A DNA stretch of 64,000 nucleotides from Candidatus Parcubacteria bacterium (GCA_021731405.1 JAKFXN010000002.1:3151-67150), one strand, 5' to 3'; counted from the first letter of the stretch, positions 9,920-20,661 are shown. Notes: a model not told the origin generated them from the letters alone. Made by a program: numbers and translations.

Positions 9920-11896
9920 ATGTCTCGCGCGGTCACTATTGGTAACGGGAGTTTACTTGTCGGTTTAGATTACCGCGGACAGGTTCGTGACTTGTATTTT
10001 CCACACGTTGGGGAAGCAAATCACGTGAGTGGTGCGAGTGGAAACTTTGTGCACCGTATTGGTGTGTTTGTGGAAGGGGCACTCTCTTGGCTCGATAATG
10101 AAGATTGGGTGGTGACTATTGGTGCGAGTGAGCACACCTCTACTGGTACGCTTACTGCTACCAATGAAAGGCTTCAAGTAATACTTGAAAGTCATGATGC
10201 AGTACATAACGAACAGAATGTTTTTTTGCGTAATTTTAGAGTAACAAATACAGGAAGTGTCTCGCGCGAAGTTAAACTTTTTCTCTCACAACAATTTCGC
10301 ATTTCAGAATCAAGACGCGGTGACACTGCCTTTTTTGATCCGCGGGTAAAAGCGATTGTGCACTATAAAGGGAATACTACTTTTTTGGTAAATGCTTTTA
10401 TGGGTGGCAAACAATTTACTGAATACAACATTGGGTTGTTTGGTATTGAAGGAAAAGAAGGTACCTATATGGATGCTGTGGATGGGAAACTTGAAAAGAA
10501 CCCAATTGAGCATGGCTCAGTAGATTCAGTCATTGGACTCTCAGCCGTTCTTGAACCTGGTCAAAATGCTGAGGCGTACTACTGGGTGGTCTGCGGCAAG
10601 ACGATACCCGACGTGCACACCCTTGATGAGTATGTGCTTGAAGAAACGCCAGAGCGGCTTTTGAATTCAACCGAATCGTACTGGCGTGCTTGGCTCGAAA
10701 AAGAACCGCGTAACTTATCTATTTTGCCAGCGCCACTGCGCACCCTCTACAACCGTTCCCTTATTACTATGCGTGTACATAGCGACAATGGTGGTGGAAT
10801 TATTGCTTCCAGTGACACAGACATGCTTCACCATGGGCGAGACACGTACAGCTATGTATGGCCACGAGATGCAGCCGTAATTGCAACTGCGCTTGATATT
10901 TCTGGCTACCACGATGTTGCTACTCGTTTCTTCACCTTTGTCTCAAATTGTATCGAGCCTGGTGGATACCTTATGCACAAATACCGCTCAGATGGTGTAC
11001 TTGGTAGTTCATGGCATCCGTGGATGCAGCATGGTGTGCCGCATCTACCTATTCAAGAAGATGAGACAGCTGCTACTATATTTGCGCTTTGGAAGCACTA
11101 CGAACGATGTCGTGATATTGAGTTTATTGAGTCACTATACAATCCGTTTATAGAACCGGCAGCAAAATTTATGTGTGAGTACATTGAGCCAACTACTGGT
11201 CTGCCCCAAGCATCGTATGACTTATGGGAAGAAAAGTATGGTACGTCTACTTACACCGCAGCAGCAGTATATGCAGCGCTTATGGCAGCTTCACGCTTTG
11301 CGATGATGCTTGGGAAAGATGATGATTCGCGAACCTATCAAGCGGTAGCGGAGCGAATGCAAACGGCTATCGGTACTGTGCTCTATGATGAATCACTAAA
11401 GATGTTTGTAAAACATGTTCTCCATAGTGAAGATGGTGACTTGACCTTTGATAAGACGCTCGACACCAGTAGTTTCTACGGCCTCATTGCTTTTGATGTT
11501 TTTGATATCGATGATCCAAAAATCACCGCCTCAGCAAAGACGGTACAGGACAGACTCCAAGTGCACTCAAATAGTAAAGGGTATATACGGTACGAAAATG
11601 ACGGTTATTACCGCATGAGTGATGCTGATACACCAAACCCATGGGTCATTACCACATTGTGGATGGCACAGTATTTGATTAAAAAAGCGACTAAGCTAAC
11701 ACACCTCAAAGAGCCGCTAGATTTACTTAACTGGACTTGTTCTCATGCAACTACGGGTGGGGTATTGGCCGAGCAGATGCATCCAAACACCAGAGCTCAT
11801 CTTTCAACTGCACCACTTACGTGGAGTCATGCCGAGTATGTCCTCACTGTTGATGCCTATCTAAAAAAAGTAGCCGAGCTTTCAGAGGGCGACTAA
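9920..11896 (+). CDS. glycoside hydrolase family 15 (glucoamylase / glucodextranase-like)
   Basis: About 660 aa. N-terminal IGNGSLLVGLDYRGQVRDLYFPHVG and a central (alpha/alpha)6-type region, typical of prokaryotic GH15. Confidence 0.75.
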   Translation: MSRAVTIGNGSLLVGLDYRGQVRDLYFPHVGEANHVSGASGNFVHRIGVFVEGALSWLDNEDWVVTIGASEHTSTGTLTATNERLQVILESHDAVHNEQNVFLRNFRVTNTGSVSREVKLFLSQQFRISESRRGDTAFFDPRVKAIVHYKGNTTFLVNAFMGGKQFTEYNIGLFGIEGKEGTYMDAVDGKLEKNPIEHGSVDSVIGLSAVLEPGQNAEAYYWVVCGKTIPDVHTLDEYVLEETPERLLNSTESYWRAWLEKEPRNLSILPAPLRTLYNRSLITMRVHSDNGGGIIASSDTDMLHHGRDTYSYVWPRDAAVIATALDISGYHDVATRFFTFVSNCIEPGGYLMHKYRSDGVLGSSWHPWMQHGVPHLPIQEDETAATIFALWKHYERCRDIEFIESLYNPFIEPAAKFMCEYIEPTTGLPQASYDLWEEKYGTSTYTAAAVYAALMAASRFAMMLGKDDDSRTYQAVAERMQTAIGTVLYDESLKMFVKHVLHSEDGDLTFDKTLDTSSFYGLIAFDVFDIDDPKITASAKTVQDRLQVHSNSKGYIRYENDGYYRMSDADTPNPWVITTLWMAQYLIKKATKLTHLKEPLDLLNWTCSHATTGGVLAEQMHPNTRAHLSTAPLTWSHAEYVLTVDAYLKKVAELSEGD

Positions 11897-12702
11897 AACT
11901 TATGTGTCCAAGTGTTGGTATCTTTATCAAACGTACCAATAGTTGTGCGATGAATACTAAAAGCTAAACCTTCAGTGTTTAGCTTTTTCGCAATGAGTTC
12001 CGAAAGTGTGCGCATGTAGGTACCGCTTGAACAAATACAAGTTATTTTTGCGATATAAAAATTGTCGCTTGGGTCACCAGTGCTTTGTATGTTTGCCCAG
12101 GCCTTGCGTACCTCTGGTCGCCTAAAATCATTACCAAGGGCTTTTCGTGGATCTGTTACTAGGGGGATACGCTCAATGTTTTTAAGTGACTCGTTTACCA
12201 CCTCACTTCGCGGGAGTGTTCTAAATTCTGTGAGTGAAAGCTGATAGATTTCTGAAGTTCGAGTCGGAATAGTAATTTCATCAAGTCTATTTTCAACCGC
12301 CCACATATGAAGGGGTTTACCTTGTACGGTCTTGGCAGAGAAAACAGGGTAGGGAAATTCGATTGAGCCAACAAAACTTTTAAGAGCTTCATTTACCGCA
12401 GTCTTATCAAGACGAGGTGCTGAACTTTCTTTTACTAAGCCCAGCACATCTCCAGAATCAGAGTGAATACTAAATAAAATTTCTACCTCATATTCTTTAT
12501 CTAGATTGTGATACTCGGTTTGTTTTTTACACTCCTCACCGATGAGTACCAAAAGTTTTCCCGAGGCCATTGGATCGAGTCTTCCCGCGTACGCCAAAGG
12601 TACACCTATTAAATCAGGTTGTGTTTGTCTCCAAGTTTCTAGTGTCTCAAGTGGAGTGTCACCAATTTTCTTTTCAAGTAGGATGTATGGCAGGGTCGAC
12701 AT
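11893..12702 (-). CDS. tRNA pseudouridine synthase, TruB-like
   Basis: YAGRLDPMASGKLLVLIGEE catalytic-Asp motif (GxLDPxAxG) of the TruB/Cbf5 family. 269 aa. Confidence 0.6.
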   Translation of the reverse strand: MSTLPYILLEKKIGDTPLETLETWRQTQPDLIGVPLAYAGRLDPMASGKLLVLIGEECKKQTEYHNLDKEYEVEILFSIHSDSGDVLGLVKESSAPRLDKTAVNEALKSFVGSIEFPYPVFSAKTVQGKPLHMWAVENRLDEITIPTRTSEIYQLSLTEFRTLPRSEVVNESLKNIERIPLVTDPRKALGNDFRRPEVRKAWANIQSTGDPSDNFYIAKITCICSSGTYMRTLSELIAKKLNTEGLAFSIHRTTIGTFDKDTNTWTHKF

Positions 12703-12707
12703 ACTGT

Positions 12708-13676
12708 CTATTCATTATCCGCGTCATCTCCTTCATCTTCAATTTCAAACTGAATGATTTCTTCAATAATATCTTCAAGGGTGACAACGCCTAAAAATTG
12801 TTTGTTTCGAGTAAGAACTACACCCATATGTTTTTTCTGTTTGAGCATGCGACCAAGAACGGCATCAAGCATTTCGTCGGGTCGTACGCTTAAGAATTTG
12901 TCGTCATAGGCATCTTCTGCTTCAAAAAGAGCAATGTCTTGCTCCTCATAAATAAGATCTTTCGAGTAGAGAATTCCAACAATATTATCTTCATTTCCGC
13001 TGTAGATTGGATATCGTGAAAAATCACTCTGTGCGATTTTGTCGATAAAGCTTTGGTTGATGCGTTGATTTTTGTCGAAGGTCTCAACTGCTTCTTTTGA
13101 AGTCATAATTTCGCGAACACTGGTATGTGAAAATTGTAGCGCTCCATGAACAATACGCTCTTCATCTGCATCAAGGTCACTATGCTCAGACTCTTCTAAA
13201 TCAGACACAATTTGCATTAAGTCGTTTTTTGAATAGAGTGTCGACATTTCTTCTCCGAGGAGTTTGTCGAGCATATATGCGATAGGGAATGTAATAGGGA
13301 ACATTACAAACATAAGAATACGAGTGATGGGTGCAAAAGTACTACCAACCCACAGTGCGTGACGAGAAAATGCAGCTTGAGGAATTATTTCACCAAATAG
13401 GAAGATAAGAGACGTAGCAATAACTCCAGCTACCACACCACTCAAGAGTGAGCCCATATACACCGAAAGCGCGGTGTTTACCATGACGTTTCCTAAAAGG
13501 AGAGTGGTCAGTAGTAAATTACCGCGCTTTCGAATTGGGTAGATGGCGAGTGCCTCTTTGTTCCCGTGTTTAGCACGACGCTCTAAAGTATTGAGGTTTA
13601 GGGAAAAATATCCAAGGGTTAGACCCGAGAACATCGCCGAACAAGCAAGTAAGAATAGGGATAAAAGATATTCCAC
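12708..13676 (-). CDS. CNNM/CorC-family transporter (DUF21 membrane domain plus CBS pair), hemolysin-like
   Basis: N-terminal 4-TM DUF21 region, then two CBS motifs and an acidic C-terminus. Architecture of CorC/TlyC. Confidence 0.8.
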   Translation of the reverse strand: MEYLLSLFLLACSAMFSGLTLGYFSLNLNTLERRAKHGNKEALAIYPIRKRGNLLLTTLLLGNVMVNTALSVYMGSLLSGVVAGVIATSLIFLFGEIIPQAAFSRHALWVGSTFAPITRILMFVMFPITFPIAYMLDKLLGEEMSTLYSKNDLMQIVSDLEESEHSDLDADEERIVHGALQFSHTSVREIMTSKEAVETFDKNQRINQSFIDKIAQSDFSRYPIYSGNEDNIVGILYSKDLIYEEQDIALFEAEDAYDDKFLSVRPDEMLDAVLGRMLKQKKHMGVVLTRNKQFLGVVTLEDIIEEIIQFEIEDEGDDADNE

Positions 13677-13788
13677 GGTAGTTGTTTAAAGCGGATTTCC
13701 ACCTAGAAATGTATTCACAATTGCTAGAAGGATGAAGAGGCCGATAGCTACAATAATGTATTGCATAGGCTATCAGTATACCAAATCC

Positions 13789-15162
13789 TTAAGCAGGTAC
13801 GAAGGTAAGAGCCTTACCAGACTTGTCACTTCGGCCAGTTCGACCAATACGGTGCACATAGTCTTCGTAGGTTCCTGGAAGGTCGTAGTTGATTACGTGT
13901 GAGACATCGTCAACGTGAATACCACGAGCAGCTACGTCAGTAGCAACGAGTACTTGTACTCGACCGTCTTTGAAGTTCTTAAGCGCACGTTGTCGTTGAA
14001 CATGTGACTTGTTGCCGTGGATAGCATCAGCTTTGATGCCAGCATGTACGAGTTCAAGACTAAGCTTTTCTACACTGTGCTTCATAGCACCAAAGATAAT
14101 CACGCGAGTAAAAGCTTCGGTCTTAAGAAGGTCGACGAGGGTCGTGAACTTATTGTGGTGTTCGTATCGAACAACGTCTTGAGTAACACTGCTGGTAATG
14201 TCTGTCTTTCGTACTGAAACCGTTATTGGGTTACGTAGAAATTCATGTACCAACCCTTCAACGCTCTTAGACATAGTTGCTGAGAAGAAGAGAGTCTCTC
14301 GTTCATCAGGAATATCTTTAAGGATTTCACGCATATCATGGATGAATCCCATATCAAGCATTCGGTCAGCTTCATCGAAGATAACAGTTGTAATACCACC
14401 TGGTTTTATGTGTCCACGGTCAATAAGGTCTTGAACACGTCCTGGGGTACCGATAATAAAATGATTCTTGCGTCGTAGACCACTAATTTGTGGGCGAATA
14501 TTCATTCCACCAACACAAACGGTTGAGTAGAGGTTCATTCGTGGAGTAAGTTTACGAAGTTCTTGTTCAATTTGTATTGCAAGTTCGCGAGTCGGGGTAA
14601 GGATAAGTGCGCAGCGTCCTCGGTCTTTAAGAGTCTTTTGAATAACAGGAATCAAGAAGGCAGCTGTTTTACCGGTACCAGTTTGTGCTAGTCCAACAAC
14701 ATCGTGTCCGTCAAGAATGTAGGGAATAACCTGATCTTGAATTGCACTTGGTACTACAAGCCCCGCCTCAGCAATCGTTTCAGCGAGCGCCTTATCAAGA
14801 CCAAAGTCGTTGAAAGTATGCTTAGCTTCGTATGGAGCCTCAGCTACTGGTTTAGCAGGGTTAAGGTTAATGAACTTTGATACGTCAAAGGTGCTCATAA
14901 CACGGCCTCGGCCTCGGCCGCCACTTCGGCCTCCGCCAAATGATGAACGTCCGCCTGAAGAGCGTCCGCCAGAATATCCGCCTCGTGACGAAGAAGATGA
15001 ACCACCGCGTGAATAGCCCCCGGTACGAGGACCAGAGCTAGGACGAGCAGAATATGAACGCTCACCGCCCCCAGTGCGAGCACTAGAAGATGAACTACTA
15101 TTAAAAGGTCGACGGGTACGTCCCGCCATTGGTCGACTAGGTCGACCAGATGAATTTGGCAT
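13789..15162 (-). CDS. DEAD-box ATP-dependent RNA helicase with RGG/Ser-rich N-terminal extension
   Basis: Q-motif region FNDFGLDKAL, motif I GLAQTGTGKTAAF, DEAD box VIFDEADRMLDMGF, motif VI HRIGRTGRSDKSG. The first 88 codons are RGG/SR-rich low complexity. An alternative start (MSTFDVSKF) lies at 14898. Confidence 0.9.
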   Translation of the reverse strand: MPNSSGRPSRPMAGRTRRPFNSSSSSSARTGGGERSYSARPSSGPRTGGYSRGGSSSSSRGGYSGGRSSGGRSSFGGGRSGGRGRGRVMSTFDVSKFINLNPAKPVAEAPYEAKHTFNDFGLDKALAETIAEAGLVVPSAIQDQVIPYILDGHDVVGLAQTGTGKTAAFLIPVIQKTLKDRGRCALILTPTRELAIQIEQELRKLTPRMNLYSTVCVGGMNIRPQISGLRRKNHFIIGTPGRVQDLIDRGHIKPGGITTVIFDEADRMLDMGFIHDMREILKDIPDERETLFFSATMSKSVEGLVHEFLRNPITVSVRKTDITSSVTQDVVRYEHHNKFTTLVDLLKTEAFTRVIIFGAMKHSVEKLSLELVHAGIKADAIHGNKSHVQRQRALKNFKDGRVQVLVATDVAARGIHVDDVSHVINYDLPGTYEDYVHRIGRTGRSDKSGKALTFVPA

Positions 15163-15178
15163 TATTTTGTTTACTTAG

Positions 15179-15195
15179 GGAATTCAGTGAATTCC
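15179..15195. promoter_or_regulatory. palindrome GGAATTCA-G-TGAATTCC in the helicase leader
   Basis: Perfect 8-nt inverted arms around a single central G, 17-33 nt upstream of the annotated helicase start codon (minus strand). Could act as an operator or an RNA hairpin. Confidence 0.3.
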
Positions 15196-15383
15196 GGGCT
15201 GTGCAGTAGATAAATTCAATCGTGGCTATCTAACAGATATATAGATTGTGGCTTAAGAGCCCTACACGAGAATCTCAAGGTGTTTATACAATAACATCAT
15301 TATATTTATAAGTCAATACGTATGAGGAGAAAAAGAAAACACACCACTCGCGAAGAGAGGTGTGAATGTGGGGAACAAAGGGT

Positions 15384-15698
15384 TTATTGAACACGGAAGA
15401 GCAAAAGCACTTGCCAGAGTGCCCAACCCCAGGGAGTGAGGGTGACTGCACCGACAATGCACCCTAGGATGGTCAGAAAGCAAAACCTTTGGTTTTGCTT
15501 TGGCGTATTCTTTTTACCCAAGCCAACAACGATGAAACTGAGAGAGATTCCAAGCAAGATGCCAAACCAGGCGAAGCTGGGAATGTTGTCCACCATCGCT
15601 GACTTGCTCATGGTGTGTATGTCAAACTCCTTGACCAGTACAACGCTTAGCGCTGAAACTAGCAGTGCTATGAAAAAGTAGGCATGACTTTTGGACAT
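15384..15698 (-). CDS. small membrane protein, hypothetical
   Basis: 104 aa with three predicted TM helices. Reasonable composition. No recognisable motif. Confidence 0.4.
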   Translation of the reverse strand: MSKSHAYFFIALLVSALSVVLVKEFDIHTMSKSAMVDNIPSFAWFGILLGISLSFIVVGLGKKNTPKQNQRFCFLTILGCIVGAVTLTPWGWALWQVLLLFRVQ

Positions 15699-15789
15699 AT
15701 GGAAACCCCTTAAAAGATGATTTTTGAAGAACCGTCAAAGCAAACAATACAACTTTATTTCAAAAAATCAATAGAGTTGGTTATTTGCT

Positions 15790-15830
15790 AAAAAAGAAAA
15801 GACCTACAAGCTGGGGAGCCTGTAGGTCTA
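15790..15830 (-). terminator. rho-independent terminator (minus strand)
   Basis: GACCTACA...TGTAGGTC hairpin with the T-run on the minus strand, directly downstream of the 15834..16352 gene. Confidence 0.6.
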
Positions 15831-15833
15831 GGA

Positions 15834-16352
15834 TTACCCGCGTTTTATCAGGCGATAGTGCTTTTTCCAGCAGTGAGAGGAAGCTGCCCAAGGGGACAAG
15901 CCGCGCTCATCATAGAGGTGGCGCACATAAGCCAGATACTGGTCAGTCCGATTTGGATTAAGACCCATCTTCTTCATTTCAGGTTCATGTACCCGCATGA
16001 GTACTTGAAATACTCCTTTTGCGGATGAACCATCACGATTTTGGATGAGTTGACCATTTTCGCGGTGAACAAGTCCGGATGATTCACAGTTTGCGACGTG
16101 CACCATATAGGGCGCGTCAGGGAACCACTCACGGATCTTTTCTGCTATCTGCTTGCCTTCACTGGTGGTGGGGCGGACAGGTGGCAGCTCGGATACTTTG
16201 TCTGCTTTTGCAGCGTTTGGCAGGGAAGCTCCTGACGCCAAACAGAAGAACAGGAAAAGTACTCGAGATTTTTTAAAGAACATCAACAAAACGTAAGGCC
16301 TTTCAAACAATTGTAGGTTGACTGGTGAACAAGTATTGCCTCCAAACCCCAT
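15834..16352 (-). CDS. secreted transglycosylase-like domain protein (Rpf/lytic-transglycosylase-like)
   Basis: Signal-peptide-like MFFKKSRVLFLFFCLASGASLP (probable start at 16283). Then VANCESSG...NRDGSSAKGVFQV, resembling the CESgG...GlfQ core of transglycosylase-like domains. Confidence 0.5.
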   Translation of the reverse strand: MGFGGNTCSPVNLQLFERPYVLLMFFKKSRVLFLFFCLASGASLPNAAKADKVSELPPVRPTTSEGKQIAEKIREWFPDAPYMVHVANCESSGLVHRENGQLIQNRDGSSAKGVFQVLMRVHEPEMKKMGLNPNRTDQYLAYVRHLYDERGLSPWAASSHCWKKHYRLIKRG

Positions 16353-16433
16353 GACGAATCAAGTGGGCTTTTCTTACAAAAGAAAACACCACTCTTTTGA
16401 AGGAAGCGGTGTTTTTTGGCCGACCTACCGAGG

Positions 16434-16733
16434 TCAGGAGCCAAAGAGCGCGATGCGTGCTTGCCAGAACGACCAACCCAAGAGGAAGGTTGTCGGCATG
16501 GCCCACATCAGCTGTACGCTGAGGCTCTTCACGGCAGCAAGCGCTTGCTCAGCGTTCTTGGTGCCGATGAGTGCTGCCACCCCTCCGACGCAGAGGCCTG
16601 AAACAGAGAGTATGGCGACTGGGATGAGGACCATCTCCGGCGAGAGGGTGTGGAGATTGAGCATCCCAATCACACCCATGGTGACAATGCCGAGCAGGAA
16701 GACGAGAAAGACACGGAGCAGTGATTTGGACAT
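16434..16733 (-). CDS. small membrane protein, hypothetical
   Basis: 99 aa with three hydrophobic helices. More plausible than the overlapping plus ORF 16318..16944, which reads as junk. Confidence 0.4.
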   Translation of the reverse strand: MSKSLLRVFLVFLLGIVTMGVIGMLNLHTLSPEMVLIPVAILSVSGLCVGGVAALIGTKNAEQALAAVKSLSVQLMWAMPTTFLLGWSFWQARIALFGS

Positions 16734-16909
16734 GAGAGTTCTCCAGATGTTGAAAAGGGCGGTACCAAACTATATAATAGCACAAATTACTCTAAAAGTC
16801 AATAAAGACCTCAAAATAGGCTTGAGTACACAGTTTGATTTTTGTTTTGGGTGTTTTTGTGATAGCATACGGGCGCAAAAACAACTAAGGTGTTTTTGGG
16901 TACACACTC

Positions 16910-17680
16910 ATGTTTTCACTCATTCCAATAGCTCACGCGGCTGAAGAAGCCGGCATTCATGTCGCTTTGAAGCCATATATTGTAGGCCACTTCTTTGGTG
17001 TACCCATTACTGCTACCCTCATCACTACTTGGCTCACCATGGCCTTTCTCATCACACTTTTCTTCTTTATAAGTCGAAAGCCATCTCTTATTCCTAAAAA
17101 AGCGCAAAGTATTGCTGAGATGGTTGTTGGTGGAGTATATGACTATATGAGTGATGTGCTCGAGAGTCGCAAGATGGCCCTCACATATTTCCCAATTGTG
17201 ATGACCATCTTCATTTTTGTGCTCGCTCTCAACTGGATAGGACTTCTACCAGGAGTTACCGCTATCGGTCTCAATCATGACGGACACTTCACACCACTCT
17301 TATATCCAGCTGCTACTGATCTCAATATTACTATCGCATTTGCGATTATTGCGTTTCTCACCATTGAGATAGCTGGGGTAGTGGCACTTGGTACCTTCAA
17401 GTATATTGGAAAGTTTATCAACTTCCATTCACCACTTGCGTTTATCATTGGCCTCATTGAACTTATTTCGGAAATGGCACGACTCATCTCGTTTTCATTC
17501 CGACTTTTCGGAAATATCTTTGCAGGGAAGACGCTCTTGGTGGTGATTATGTTCTTTGTCCCATACATCGTCCCTGTGCCGCTGTATGCCTTTGAACTCT
17601 TTGTTGGATTTATTCAGGCATTTATTTTTGCCATCCTGACATTGTTCTTCATCAAGATTGCCGTGGCGGAACCGCATTAG
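16910..17680 (+). CDS. atpB: F0F1 ATP synthase subunit a
   Basis: Polytopic membrane protein with the conserved C-terminal LISFSFRLFGNIFAG Arg-containing helix. Confidence 0.9.
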   Translation: MFSLIPIAHAAEEAGIHVALKPYIVGHFFGVPITATLITTWLTMAFLITLFFFISRKPSLIPKKAQSIAEMVVGGVYDYMSDVLESRKMALTYFPIVMTIFIFVLALNWIGLLPGVTAIGLNHDGHFTPLLYPAATDLNITIAFAIIAFLTIEIAGVVALGTFKYIGKFINFHSPLAFIIGLIELISEMARLISFSFRLFGNIFAGKTLLVVIMFFVPYIVPVPLYAFELFVGFIQAFIFAILTLFFIKIAVAEPH

Positions 17681-17751
17681 TGGGTAATCACGAGTCCCGT
17701 AAATAATTGGGCGTGACTCGTACTTGTCCATTAATCATTATTAAAAATTAA

Positions 17752-18024
<273 letters not shown>

Positions 18025-18209
18025 ATTCTTTTCTGGCTTACGCCATCTGCTTTGTCGCAGTACAGAAAATTTTTATCACCGTACGCTTGTACGGCTCCCA
18101 AAATTTTCTTTCTGCTCCGCGCATCTGGTGCAATCCAAAAAAGAATTACCTAGAAGTGAACAAAATCAGAAGTAACTCTCTTTATTAACCACAAACTCTA
18201 GCAAAACAT

Positions 18210-18656
18210 ATGGATGAAATCATAAATGCCTTTGGTATCGACGGACGTCTCATCATCATTCAGGTGGTGAACTTCGGTATCTTGATGGTGGCTTTGGGAT
18301 ATTTTCTCTACAAGCCTATTCTTCGTATTCTTAAAGAGCGCGAAGATAAAATCACTCAAGGACTTAAGGATGCTGAAGATGCTGCCAAGGCAAAAGAAGA
18401 GGCTGGTGTTGAAAAACAAACCATTCTCACAGGTGCACATATGGAAGCTGGGGAAGTGGCTAAGCGCGCCAAAGTTGCCGCTGATAGTCAGGCTTCAGAG
18501 ATAGTAGCTGGAGCGCAAGAAAAAGCAGCAGCGGTCTTGTCTGATGCTGAAGTAAAACGTGAACAAATCAAAGCACAAGCACTTAAAGAGAGTGAAAAAG
18601 AAATTGCTTCTCTCGCTGTTTTGGCCGCAGAGAAAGTACTTCGCGAGCAAGCATAG
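18210..18656 (+). CDS. atpF: F0F1 ATP synthase subunit b
   Basis: One N-terminal TM helix followed by a long charged coiled coil. Position in the operon. Confidence 0.8.
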   Translation: MDEIINAFGIDGRLIIIQVVNFGILMVALGYFLYKPILRILKEREDKITQGLKDAEDAAKAKEEAGVEKQTILTGAHMEAGEVAKRAKVAADSQASEIVAGAQEKAAAVLSDAEVKREQIKAQALKESEKEIASLAVLAAEKVLREQA

Positions 18657-18670
18657 CTTTTTGTCTTCTT

Positions 18671-19051
18671 ATGAAACAAGCGTATATCACAGCCTTAACC
18701 GAAGCTCTCCTCAATACAAAAGATATTGACGGAGCGCTTTCAAGTACACATGCTCTTCTCATTAAGAAAGGACACGTGCGACTTTGGCCATCAGTGCTCA
18801 AAGGAGTGGTTGCCGCGCTTGAGAAAAAGGAAGTAGATGACACCCCGCGCGTGATTGTAGCTAAAGAATCAGCTAAGAGTAGTGAAGCCCTTCAAAAGGC
18901 TTTAGCGGCACTTGCTGTTACAAGCAAAACAGAAAAAGTTGAGATTGATAGTTCGCTCATCGGCGGATTTGTTGTTCAGTACAAGGATAAGATGGTTGAT
19001 GGTAGCTACAAGCGAGCCCTCATCGATCTGTACCGAAAAGTCACCAAATAA
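18671..19051 (+). CDS. atpH: F0F1 ATP synthase subunit delta (short form, 126 aa)
   Basis: C-terminal [29 protein letters not shown] matches the OSCP/delta C-terminal domain. Operon position between b and alpha. Confidence 0.7.
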   Translation: MKQAYITALTEALLNTKDIDGALSSTHALLIKKGHVRLWPSVLKGVVAALEKKEVDDTPRVIVAKESAKSSEALQKALAALAVTSKTEKVEIDSSLIGGFVVQYKDKMVDGSYKRALIDLYRKVTK

Positions 19052-19089
19052 TTATTCATTCACCACAGTTTACTAATTCATTATTTATT

Positions 19090-20661
19090 ATGAGTACACC
19101 AATCATTGCAAGAATTAAAAAGGAAATCGAGAATCTAAACACAGCTGCACTTCCAGAAGAAATCGGAGTGGTGGTTAGTGTTGGAGACGGTATTGCTGAA
19201 ATCGAAGGACTCACTGACGCCCAGATGATGGAGATGGTGGCCTTTGAGTCAGGCGAAGGAGAGAAGCTTGCTGACTCTATCAAGAGTGAGAAGGCTCTCT
19301 TTGGTCTTATCTTGAACCTTGAAGAAGATACGGTAAAAGTAGTGGTGCTTGGTGAAAGTAATATGGTGAAAGAAGGTATGCGTGTGCGCCGCACTGGCAA
19401 GCTACTTTCTGTTCCAGTTGGAGCAGGAATTGTGGGTCGAGTGGTAAACACACTTGGTGAACCAATTGATGGAAAGGGAGCGATTGCGACCGACAAAGAT
19501 ATGCCAATCGAACGAGTGGCGTACGGTGTAATGGATCGTTCAAGTGTGAACGAACCAATCCACACTGGCATCAAGGCGATCGATTCTATGATCCCAATCG
19601 GTCGTGGTCAGCGCGAGCTTATCATTGGTGACCGAGGTACTGGAAAGACAACTATCGCTATCGACACTATCATCAACCAAAAGTACGAGCCAAAAGAAAA
19701 ACGCCCAATTTGTATTTATGTAGCCATTGGTCAAAAGCGGTCAAAGACTGCGAGTATCATGGCAAAACTAGAAGCTGCCGGAGCACTTGAATACACTACT
19801 ATTGTAGCTACTTCAGCTGCTGAAGCTTCACCACTCCTTTTCCTTGCACCATTTGCAGGAGTAGCGATTGGTGAATACTTCATGGAGCAAGGGAAAGACG
19901 TGGTGATTGTATTTGATGACCTCTCTAAGCACGCGGTGGCGTACCGACAAATGTCACTTCTACTTCGTCGCCCACCAGGACGAGAAGCGTACCCAGGAGA
20001 TATTTTCTACCTTCACTCACGACTCTTGGAGCGTTCAGCGAAGTTATCTGCTGAGCTTGGTGGAGGTTCTATTACCGCGCTACCTATTATTGAGACACAA
20101 GAAGGAGACGTTTCTGCGTACATCCCAACCAACGTAATTTCTATTACTGACGGACAGATTTTCCTTGAAACAGACTTGTTCAACAAGGGTATTCGCCCAG
20201 CCCTCAACGTAGGTATTTCGGTATCTCGTGTAGGTTCTTCAGCACAGACCAAGGCGATGAAGAAAGTGGCCGGAAAGATTCGACTTGAGCTCGCGCAGTT
20301 CCGTGAACTTGAAGCTTTCATGCAGTTCGCTTCAGACCTCGATGAAGATACTAAGAAGCGTATCGACAGTGGACGAAAGTACGTAGAACTCCTTAAGCAG
20401 CGCCAAAACGAACCAATGCCATTTTACAAGCAAGTGGTTTCTATCTACGCTGCCAACAATGGACTCTTTGATAATGCTTCTCCAACAGTAGTGTCACAGA
20501 TGGAAGTTGAATTCTTGAGTTTTATCGCTCGTGACCGAAAAGAAATCTTCGACACCATTGAAACAGGACGTGAACTTACTGACGACGTTGTGGCAAAAAT
20601 TAACACTGCCATGACAGACTTCAAAGAGGCGAACGCAAAGTTCTATACGGTAGCAAAATAA
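19090..20661 (+). CDS. atpA: F0F1 ATP synthase subunit alpha
   Basis: P-loop GDRGTGKT. 523 aa. Alpha-specific C-terminal domain. Confidence 0.95.
   Translation: MSTPIIARIKKEIENLNTAALPEEIGVVVSVGDGIAEIEGLTDAQMMEMVAFESGEGEKLADSIKSEKALFGLILNLEEDTVKVVVLGESNMVKEGMRVRRTGKLLSVPVGAGIVGRVVNTLGEPIDGKGAIATDKDMPIERVAYGVMDRSSVNEPIHTGIKAIDSMIPIGRGQRELIIGDRGTGKTTIAIDTIINQKYEPKEKRPICIYVAIGQKRSKTASIMAKLEAAGALEYTTIVATSAAEASPLLFLAPFAGVAIGEYFMEQGKDVVIVFDDLSKHAVAYRQMSLLLRRPPGREAYPGDIFYLHSRLLERSAKLSAELGGGSITALPIIETQEGDVSAYIPTNVISITDGQIFLETDLFNKGIRPALNVGISVSRVGSSAQTKAMKKVAGKIRLELAQFRELEAFMQFASDLDEDTKKRIDSGRKYVELLKQRQNEPMPFYKQVVSIYAANNGLFDNASPTVVSQMEVEFLSFIARDRKEIFDTIETGRELTDDVVAKINTAMTDFKEANAKFYTVAK

Noticed and set aside
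16318-16944. 208-aa plus-strand ORF overlapping the atpB start and the minus-strand membrane ORF
   Set aside because: The translation (Pro/Arg/Ser-rich, no domain) looks like a non-coding read-through. The minus-strand 99-aa hydrophobic ORF and atpB explain the region better.
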